Source of the DNA: a virus
Direction: 5' to 3' (one strand)
Virus record (IMG/VR): IMGVR_UViG_3300032053_000045
Span: 1 to 64,000 of that record
DNA length: 64,000 nucleotides
A model generated the notes under the pieces. That model did no database searches. It saw nothing but the letters and a program-made list of their open reading frames with translations, and was not told the DNA's origin. A program made the translations under genes and the position numbers. Within the stretch, counting starts at the first letter, position 1. Each line of letters starts with the position of its first letter. Below are positions 41,301 through 48,287 of this stretch, one piece after another.

Positions 41301-44300
41301 TAGTCCTGGTCATATGAGAAGTAAAGATAGTTATCAAAAACTTATTCTAAGAAATAAAGGATTCATTCCTTTAAGATTTTCTGAAGAATATTTTTATTCA
41401 AACAAACATTTAGTTATAGAAGAAATTAAAAAAGTTATTCGAGACAATACCGAGGCAACCTGAGAAATCAGAGAGTCCGTAGAGACTACACGTAAGAATC
41501 CTATCTAATCACATAGGAAAAAGATATAGTCCGAACTCTATAGTGATATAGAGAGATAAATAGAAATATTTACCCGCCTCGAAAGAGGTTATAAAGTAAC
41601 AAATTTGTGCCCTCGCCATCAGTGCCGAGTTACAAGAGGATAAATTGTTGTCCTCTAAAAATTGTATTAAAACGGTGAAACGCTTCGAGAATATATGTTA
41701 TAATTAATAGGGGCTAAGATTGACCTCATGAATCAATCGACGGTTGCCCTAACAACCAAGCCCTTCTTTACCTTAGGGGGTATGAAATGAAGAATGATAA
41801 GATTCAATGTCCAATTTGTAAAAATTGGTATCATAATTTGACAGGAAAACATTTGCAAAAACATGGTTATAATTCAGTAAAACAGTTTTTATTAGATTAT
41901 CCTAATTCTAAAACAATATCTAATAGAGTATCAAAAATTCTTTCAAAACATTGGCATAAGAAATTAAAACCAATGCGTAAAGAAATAGGTAGAAAATCTA
42001 GTGAGACTAAAAAAGAAAGATTTAAACTAGGTTTATTGGAACCTTGGAATAAAGGATTAACTAAAGAGACTGATAAAAGAATTAAGAAAAATGGTGAAAG
42101 TGTTTCTAATACATGGAAAAGAAAATCAAAAAGGGAAAAGAAAAAATATGGAAAAGTCGTCAGCAAAAGATTAAAAGGTAGAAGTTGGAAAGATCTTTGG
42201 GGTGAAGAACAAGCAGAAATAAGAAGTGAAAAACAAAGTAAGAGGTTGAAAGGAAAAGGTAGTCCTTTTTATAAAGATGGAAGATGTTCAGATAAATTAA
42301 ATTATATTAATGATTACGGACCAAATTGGCCAAAGATAAGAAAGGCTATTTATAAAAGAGATAATTGGACTTGTCAAGAATGTTTGGCAAAAGATAGAAA
42401 AGTACTTTGTCATCACATAATAGATTATTTTGATTTTCCGGTAGAAAAAAGAAAAGAATTTGCTCACCATGGATTGAATTTAATTACATTATGTTTTTCT
42501 TGTCATTCAAAATTAATTAACAAAAAGATTCTTAAAGTCAATACCGTGAGGTATTTAGAGATTACAAAATCTAAGTATCTTGTAACGACTACGTATTCAA
42601 AGGCAACTTTGAGTGCTACGTACAACATGCTAAAAAGCATGATGATATAGTCTAAACTGTAGACATAATTCATAAACTGCAGAGATAAGAAGAAATTCTT
42701 ATTCGCTTATTTCAGAATTAGGTTTTCTAAATAAGTTATTAAAGTAATAAATTGGCAATTTTGCCGATTGTGCCAGTTGTCAGAGATGACATGGCCAAAG
42801 CGTTCGCGCTGGCAGAAGAAGATGTGTTCGAATTGATGAGCACCTTTTGAGAGAAATCTCAATCGAAAATTCTACTATATCGGTGGAACTCTTTGTAATC
42901 TATTTGAAATCTATGATATAATATAACTATGGGGCTAAGTTTGAATTAATTACTCAAACGAGGTTGCCTGAACAACCAAGCCCCGTTACTTTTCAGGAGG
43001 TAAATATATGGTTTTTCCAAAAGGAAAAAAGTTTCCAAAATCTGGTATTGAAAAATTAAAAAAGACTTTCAAAAAACGTAAAGAATTAAAATTACACATA
43101 GGAACGAAGAAGATCAATGAAAAAAAGATTAATTATTGTTTAAATTGTGACAAAGAAATAATCGTTTCTGTAAATGGGTGTAATAAGGATAAGAAATTTT
43201 GTTCTTCAAGCTGCGCTTCTTCTTACAATAATAAAATTAGATGGAGCGATAATGAAAAGAAACAAAATTGGATAAGAAAAATCAATGAGACAAGAAAAAA
43301 TAATAATAGTTATCATACTGGAAGTTTAAAAGCAATTCAAACCAGAAGACAAAATAATAATTTATATAGTTGGAACACAGGTTTAACAAAAGAAACTGAT
43401 GAACGTTTGAAAAAAGCTAGTGAAAAACAAAGTAAAGATAGGAAAGGAGTTTCTTGGGTAGATCGCTTTGGAGATGAAACAGCAAAAGATATGAAAAGAC
43501 AAGCTAGACAGAGATTGACAGGTATGATTATCGACGGAAAATTAGAATTAAATTATGGTTTAGAATGGATAAAAATCCGAAAAGAAATTTTAATTAGAGA
43601 TAATTACACTTGTTGTGTTTGTAATGTTGAAAAAGCTGAAAAAGTTCATCACATTGTTCCATATAGAATTATTAAAAAACATGAGAAATTTTTATTAGTA
43701 TCAGTTTGTAAAAAATGTCATTTAAAAATAGAACCAAAGAATATACCGACGGAAGAGATTACCTTTGAATCGTATATAAATTATTATATAAATAAAGGTG
43801 GAAAACTCCCGCTAGAGACTACACGTAGAACCCCTATAACGGGTGATGATATAGTCCGAACCTCAGATATAAAATAAAACTGAGGAGTTATCTAGAAATA
43901 AGATAACCTCTTAAGAAATTAAGAAGTAACAAAATTGTTATCAATGGTAACACGGCTGGTGCTTTTGCGGCTAACGACCCTAAGTTTGCATGGATATGAA
44001 AAATATTTAGTGCCTTACAAGAGAAATCTTGTATAGAAAATTCAGAGAATTGCTGGAAGATCCTAAGAGCTTGTTTAACTACAAAGTAGATTCTGTAAAA
44101 TGAATCAAGCTTGATAGTTTGAAAATAAACAAGATTGGATAATCAGCAGGGGAGCCCGAAAGGGAACCTTCAGAGACTATGTACTGAACTTCCTGAAAAA
44201 GGAAGATGATATAGTCCGTACTTTAGGGAAACTTAAAGAGTTCTGTTTAATAAAACAGAGAATAACACAATAGTCAATGGTATTCGGATTTCAGGAACTG

Positions 44301-46131
44301 GTACAGATGTCAATGCTAGCTCGGCTGCACTTACGCTCGCGAACATCTCGACTTCAATTCAAAATTTGGGCGTCTACGGACGCGACAAATCAGAATTGCT
44401 GCTCGTCGTTTCGTTGAGAGAAGAAAGCAGACTGCGTCAGCTACTTGGTATCAATCTGGCGGTCAACGCACTTGGCCTTACCGGTACGGCACTTCCGGGA
44501 GAGATCGGTAAAGTCTGGGGGGTTCCTGTAGTTGCTACAAACCTCTTACCTACGACTCTTGCCCCGGGAACCTTGTCTGTGGCCCTGATGATCAACAGAA
44601 ATTGTGCAGTTATTGGTGGAAAAATTCGCCAATGTAAAAACTCGTAAATTCGGTGGAACTCCTGCAAAGGACAATACCGAGCCAAGCTTAATAGAGAAAC
44701 TCTCGAAATAGAATTTTTTTATTATGAAGGTGTAACGACTATACACGAGTCTTCTTTAGAAAAAAGAATGAAGATATAGTCTGAGCTGAATAGTAATATT
44801 CAGATGTAGACAGAAATGATCTACATTTGGAAGATAAATTCTTCCAAGATAACAGTCTGGATAGAAGGATCTTCACAATCAAGTCCTCAAATACATCTGG
44901 GGTCTTATAAAAAACTTCGAGAATTGCTGGAAGCCTTTAGAGCTTGTTTAACTACAAAGTAACTTCTCAAATGAAGTAAACTTGAATGTTCTAAAAATAA
45001 ACAAGATTAGGTAATCAGCAGCCGAGCCCGTGAGGGAAGGTTCAGAGACTATGCACGAAGCATTTGTTAAAAATAGATGATGATATAGTCCGATCCTTGT
45101 TGAAAAACAAGCAAATTTTATTATGGGTCTAAGTTGAGAATAATTAACTCCATGTATAAAATTTTGGAATTAAAAATATGCAGATGAGATTTTGATTAGG
45201 TCCGATCAGTTAAAACATAATAGCTGCTTCATAAAGAAATTTATGAATGGGACTTGGCTAATTCGGTGAAACTCCAGAAGTGGAAAACACCGAGCTAAAT
45301 TGAGAAGAGAGTTTCTCTCTCATAAATGTGTAACGACTATATACCAGGCATCCTAAAAGGATGAAGAGATAGTCTGATCTACAAATATAACCAAATGAAA
45401 TTGTAGAGTTGGTAATTCTTATACTTCGTCAATATAAGACAATCCAACACTCAGAAATGAGTTAACAAAATGTACTTGTCGTCGCGTCCGAAAGGATTAT
45501 GAAAAATTAGTCCGTTTAGATAGAAATATCTAAATAAAATAATCTCGAAAATTGCTGGAAGGTCATGAGAGTCAAACAAGCTACAAAATGAATCCTTAAA
45601 TGGATTGAGTTCGAATGCTTTAAAAATTGTTTGAATTTGATAATCAGCAGCCGAGCCCGAAAGGGAAGGTTCAACGACTACGCCCGAGACATCTCTAAAT
45701 GAGATGATGATATAGTCTGATCTTATGGGAAACCTTAAGAGTTGACAGGAAATGTTTCTTGTCAGAATAACACAAATGTGGTTTCGCTATGCAATACGCC
45801 GACGCCTCGGTTCGGATTATTAATATAAATAGTTCCATTTAAGAGTAATCTTAAATTGCAAACTCAGAGAATTGCTGGAAGGTCCTTAGAGCTTGTTTAA
45901 CTACAACATAATCTATGTTATAATAGATAAGTGTGAATGTTTGAAAATAAACAAGATTGGATAATCAGCAGCCGAGCCCGAAAGGGAAGGTTCAGAGACT
46001 ATGTACTGAGTTTCCTCGAGAGAGGAAAATGATATAGTCCGATCTCATAGGAAACTATGAGAGTTGTAGAGAGAATATTTAAAAATATTTCATCTGCAGA
46101 ATAACACAAATGTATTAATATCGCACCTTAG
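38352..46131 (+). CDS. major capsid protein (HK97 fold), 305 aa, split into 17 exons by 16 group I introns
   Basis: AAGGAGG RBS. Exons: 38352-38365, 38592-38602, 38831-38883, 39111-39123, 39368-39385, 39657-39684, 39947-39989, 40249-40340, 41608-41641, 42755-42827, 43938-43991, 44274-44617, 44860-44887, 45181-45210, 45473-45497, 45779-45817, 46113-46131. They join to 918 nt with no internal stop. Motifs: KAL.T..GTGG.TLIP, YVGE...PES, VELTAKKL, IS.EL.ED, EED.FING, G.VWGVPVV, IGDRR, SERIGF. Confidence 0.93.
38366..38591 (+). ncRNA. group I intron 1 of capsid gene (226 nt)
   Basis: P1 ACATCATT/GGTGATGT, P3 CTCTAC/GTAGAG, P7 GACTA/TAGTC, terminal G. Confidence 0.88.
38603..38830 (+). ncRNA. group I intron 2 (228 nt)
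   Basis: P1 AAAAGCTT/GAGCTTTT, P4 TGCTG/CAGCA, P7 GACTA/TAGTC, terminal G. Confidence 0.88.
38884..39110 (+). ncRNA. group I intron 3 (227 nt)
   Basis: P1 GCGGAT/GTCCGC, P4 TCGG/CCGA, P7, terminal G. Confidence 0.9.
39124..39367 (+). ncRNA. group I intron 4 (244 nt)
   Basis: P1 ATTCCGT/GCGGAAT, P4, P7, terminal G. Confidence 0.9.
39386..39656 (+). ncRNA. group I intron 5 (271 nt)
   Basis: P1 TCGT/GCGA, AATTGCTGGAA..AATCAGCAGG, P7, terminal G. Confidence 0.9.
39685..39946 (+). ncRNA. group I intron 6 (262 nt)
   Basis: P1 TCGT/GCGA, AATTGCTGGAA..AATCAGCAG, P7, terminal G. Confidence 0.9.
39990..40248 (+). ncRNA. group I intron 7 (259 nt)
   Basis: P1 TGGT/GCCA, P3 GCAAC/GTTGC, P7, terminal G. 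Confidence 0.9.
40417..40504 (+). promoter_or_regulatory. extended -10 promoter plus endonuclease-leader RNA motif
   Basis: TGaTATAAT then GGGGCT-AA-GAAGAG/CTCTTC-GAA-GGTG[CCTAAAT]CACC-AAGCCCC; loop pairs with ATTTAGG at the SD. Confidence 0.72.
40514..41463 (+). pseudogene. intron-encoded Vsr/DUF559-like homing endonuclease, interrupted by a -1 frameshift near 41098-41102
   Basis: Frame 0 (zinc finger, WNKGLT repeats) stops at 41107. The -1 frame continues ..IPQYYF..IDAFIEPNICVYVDGTYWH..KD..GFIPLRFSE to TGA at 41463. Confidence 0.75.
41696..41778 (+). promoter_or_regulatory. extended -10 promoter plus endonuclease-leader RNA motif
   Basis: TGtTATAAT then GGGGCT-AA-GATTGA/TCAATC-GAC-GGTTG[CCCTAA]CAACC-AAGCCC; loop pairs with TTAGGG at the SD. 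Confidence 0.72.
41787..42650 (+). CDS. intron-encoded HNH homing endonuclease
   Basis: N-terminal CPIC..H..KH finger; RDNWTCQEC..HHI..NLITLCFSCH; ORF reads into the intron core. Confidence 0.88.
   Translation: MKNDKIQCPICKNWYHNLTGKHLQKHGYNSVKQFLLDYPNSKTISNRVSKILSKHWHKKLKPMRKEIGRKSSETKKERFKLGLLEPWNKGLTKETDKRIKKNGESVSNTWKRKSKREKKKYGKVVSKRLKGRSWKDLWGEEQAEIRSEKQSKRLKGKGSPFYKDGRCSDKLNYINDYGPNWPKIRKAIYKRDNWTCQECLAKDRKVLCHHIIDYFDFPVEKRKEFAHHGLNLITLCFSCHSKLINKKILKVNTVRYLEITKSKYLVTTTYSKATLSATYNMLKSMMI
42914..42997 (+). promoter_or_regulatory. extended -10 promoter plus endonuclease-leader RNA motif
   Basis: TGaTATAAT then GGGGCT-AA-GTTTGA/TCAAAC-GA-GGTTG[CCTGAA]CAACC-AAGCCCC; loop pairs with TTCAGG at the SD. 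Confidence 0.72.
43008..43877 (+). CDS. intron-encoded HNH homing endonuclease
   Basis: RDNYTCCVC..VHHIVP..LVSVCKKCH; C-terminal residues are encoded by the intron core. Confidence 0.88.
   Translation: MVFPKGKKFPKSGIEKLKKTFKKRKELKLHIGTKKINEKKINYCLNCDKEIIVSVNGCNKDKKFCSSSCASSYNNKIRWSDNEKKQNWIRKINETRKNNNSYHTGSLKAIQTRRQNNNLYSWNTGLTKETDERLKKASEKQSKDRKGVSWVDRFGDETAKDMKRQARQRLTGMIIDGKLELNYGLEWIKIRKEILIRDNYTCCVCNVEKAEKVHHIVPYRIIKKHEKFLLVSVCKKCHLKIEPKNIPTEEITFESYINYYINKGGKLPLETTRRTPITGDDIVRTSDIK
43992..44273 (+). ncRNA. group I intron 11 (282 nt)
   Basis: P1 GCAT/GTGC, AATTGCTGGAA..AATCAGCAGG, P7, terminal G. Confidence 0.9.
44618..44859 (+). ncRNA. group I intron 12 (242 nt)
   Basis: P1 ATTGGT/GCCAAT, P3 ACTCGT/ACGAGT, P7, terminal G. 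Confidence 0.9.
44888..45180 (+). ncRNA. group I intron 13 (293 nt)
   Basis: P1 CCT/GGG, AATTGCTGGAA..AATCAGCAG, P7, terminal G. Confidence 0.87.
45211..45472 (+). ncRNA. group I intron 14 (262 nt)
   Basis: P1 CAGT/GCTG, P4 TCGG/CCGA, P7 GACTA/GAGATAGTC, terminal G. Confidence 0.88.
45498..45778 (+). ncRNA. group I intron 15 (281 nt)
   Basis: P1 GGAT/GTCC, AATTGCTGGAA..AATCAGCAG, P7, terminal G. Confidence 0.9.
45818..46112 (+). ncRNA. group I intron 16 (295 nt)
   Basis: P1 GGAT/GTTCC, P3 AACTCAG/CTGAGTT, P7, terminal G. Confidence 0.88.
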
Positions 46132-46291
46132 TTGTAAGACGATATTTCAGTTGAATATATCAACGGCAATGATGGAGGGGGTGCTTCAGACTAACCTCTA
46201 AAGTCCCCTCCTCTTGCAAAAGAAAATGATTTCAAAAAATAAATTTTAATTTAAAAGCTTCAGTGAAGCTGAAGTATAAGGAGGAAAAGAA

Positions 46292-46624
46292 ATGAAGTTT
46301 AAATTGTCAGAATCCGTTTCCCTGAATTGGAACCGGAGAGATGGAAAAGATACTGTTGATGCATACGAAATTAGGGCTGGTGTTTTTTCAGTCGATCTTC
46401 CTAAAGATGTTTCTGAGTATATGTTAGATTATTATAAAGATAAAATTCTGGACATCGACGATAAAAAAGAGGAAGTAAAACCGGTTGAAGAAGTAATTAA
46501 AGAAGTCAAAGCTCAAAGTGCAGAAAAAACAAAGAAATTTGAAGAGGAAAAAGCCGAGGAAGAGAAGCAGAAATCTAAACCTACACCCGGGTTATCTTTG
46601 GCTGACCTCGCTAAAAACGCTTGA
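46292..46624 (+). CDS. hypothetical head-region protein
   Basis: AAGGAGG RBS; follows the capsid gene. Confidence 0.6.
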   Translation: MKFKLSESVSLNWNRRDGKDTVDAYEIRAGVFSVDLPKDVSEYMLDYYKDKILDIDDKKEEVKPVEEVIKEVKAQSAEKTKKFEEEKAEEEKQKSKPTPGLSLADLAKNA

Positions 46625-46843
46625 TAATATAGGTTAGATATGCCCTCCGAAGCCTTAGATTAAAATTTGTTTATCTTATAGCTAAAACATCACTTTCGCG
46701 TGTAGTCTGGTCACCTCAGAGGTGTGTTAATCCCAAAGACATAGAGATATATGTATTTCTTGTGAAAACATCTCTGGGGTCATCAGAGGTGTCGACTGTA
46801 GTGCTTGGTACTTCATCATTAAAAATTATTAATCAATTCAAAA

Positions 46844-47599
46844 ATGAATTATAAACTACCTAAAAGAATACCTCGAATTTATAAGTTTCCCAAGTCTCTT
46901 GGGTATGTAGCTCCTCCGTATTCATATCAACAATCTGAGCCTTTATATGTCCCGTTTTACAATAGGCTCAGTAGATTATTTGATCGACAGAGAATCGACT
47001 TAGAGAATAGTGGGACTGTAAATAAACTTCTTAACAAGAAAATAATAGAGGCTGATTATATAAAGAATTACCTAGATAATAACTCGAACATTTTCCTAAA
47101 AGACACTTATAAAGCTCTTAAGAACTACTACTTGAAACAATATAATTTAACTCGGGAAATTCTTCAAGAAGAAATTGTTCCTGATTTGAATAGAAAACAA
47201 AAACTATATATTAAGAAAATATCTCAGGGAATAAATGATCACACAAAAGATAGAGTGACGAGTTTAATCCAGAGATTGATTAGAGAGCAGACTCCCTCTA
47301 ATAAAGCAAAAATTGAAATCGAATCTCTTTTTAACGATATGGGGCAATATAGATCAGAAAGAATAAGCCGAACAGAATTAACTAAAGCAGACAATGAAAG
47401 CAAATTCGATATTGCGAAAGAGAACAATAACACAAAGAAAAAATGGATTTTAAGTGAGATATGTAAAACAAAACATTGTAGAGTTTGCAGAGAGAATAGT
47501 AATATTGGTTGGATAAAAATTAATGAGAGATTTTCGTCTGGCAATCTATATCCACCACCGCATCCTAATTGCTCATGCGGAATAATTTTTAAAGGATGA
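46844..47599 (+). CDS. MuF/SPP1 gp7-like minor head protein
   Basis: RSERISRTE, KKW....CRVC..N..GWI....FSSG..PPPHPNCSC. Confidence 0.85.
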   Translation: MNYKLPKRIPRIYKFPKSLGYVAPPYSYQQSEPLYVPFYNRLSRLFDRQRIDLENSGTVNKLLNKKIIEADYIKNYLDNNSNIFLKDTYKALKNYYLKQYNLTREILQEEIVPDLNRKQKLYIKKISQGINDHTKDRVTSLIQRLIREQTPSNKAKIEIESLFNDMGQYRSERISRTELTKADNESKFDIAKENNNTKKKWILSEICKTKHCRVCRENSNIGWIKINERFSSGNLYPPPHPNCSCGIIFKG

Positions 47600-47612
47600 A
47601 ATAGGAAAAAAT

Positions 47613-48287
47613 ATGGCAGAAAATATAAATTCAACACATTATACATCATATTCTCTTGTAGCCGATTTTTTAAAAGGATTTAATCTGGGTAACATTGTCT
47701 CTCAAGATAATGTTAATGATACTCTATTGTCTTTTTGCGACTCCTATTTTGATTCCAATTGTTTTCGAGATTTTAAACTTCACAGTGGAGTTGTTGAATT
47801 TCATCATGGGTCAGGAAAAGATAATATTAATACTTATTTCTTTCCCATCGTAAGAATTAGTCGTATGGTTATGTATAATCAACTTTTACAAGCAATGAGA
47901 GTATTTTTAGACTCTGAATTAATTGTACATCCCCAGAGAGGAGAAATATTTCTTCCTCCAATTTATCCAGCATTTTTGGCGGATAAACCATTCGCGGCAA
48001 TTTTGGGAAATATTTTTATTCCGGGTAGATATAATATTGAGGTCGATTATGATTATGGTTATGATCCTACTCCTCCTGATATTCAAATGGCAGCAACCAA
48101 ATGGGTGTCAATACAATTACTACAGAAACATGGGGCATTTATGACAGGCGGCACTTCTAGCAGAAGCATTGATGGATATTCTGAAAGCTATGGGAAAATA
48201 CCATATGATGGACTTATTTCGATGTGGATGAAAGAAATAGATGGAGTTGTGGCCAGGAACGCCAAAGTTTACGGACGAGCAATTTAG
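47613..48287 (+). CDS. head-tail adaptor/connector protein
   Basis: NIEVDYDYGYDPTPPDIQMA, SRSIDGYSESY; position in the head-tail region. Confidence 0.7.
   Translation: MAENINSTHYTSYSLVADFLKGFNLGNIVSQDNVNDTLLSFCDSYFDSNCFRDFKLHSGVVEFHHGSGKDNINTYFFPIVRISRMVMYNQLLQAMRVFLDSELIVHPQRGEIFLPPIYPAFLADKPFAAILGNIFIPGRYNIEVDYDYGYDPTPPDIQMAATKWVSIQLLQKHGAFMTGGTSSRSIDGYSESYGKIPYDGLISMWMKEIDGVVARNAKVYGRAI

Larger units (their letters stand above)
40341..41607 (+). mobile_element. group I intron 8 (1267 nt) carrying a frameshifted endonuclease gene
   Basis: P1 TGGT/GCCA; P4 TCGG..CCGA with the ORF inserted between the two strands; P7; terminal G. Confidence 0.9.
41642..42754 (+). mobile_element. group I intron 9 (1113 nt) carrying an HNH endonuclease
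   Basis: P1 GAGGAT/GTCCTC, P4 ACGG/CCGT, P7, terminal G. Confidence 0.9.
42828..43937 (+). mobile_element. group I intron 10 (1110 nt) carrying an HNH endonuclease
   Basis: P1 GTGT/GCAC, P3 TTCTAC/GTAGAA, P7, terminal G. Confidence 0.9.

Noticed and set aside
44366-44647. 93-aa ORF as an independent gene
   Set aside because: It is part of capsid exon 12 (44274-44617) reading into intron 12.
38366-46112. Recurring GACTA..GATATAGTC repeats as a CRISPR array or tandem repeat
   Set aside because: Spacing is 230-1300 nt and the units are degenerate; the repeats are group I P7 elements, and no cas genes are present.
46174-46211. GGAGGGG/CCCCTCC stem after the capsid stop as an intrinsic terminator
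   Set aside because: The loop is large and there is no clear U-tract; function cannot be supported.
38040-46290. Stop-codon reassignment as an explanation for the ORF-poor region
   Set aside because: Flanking genes are full length in the standard code and use TAA, TAG and TGA stops; intron removal explains the region fully.
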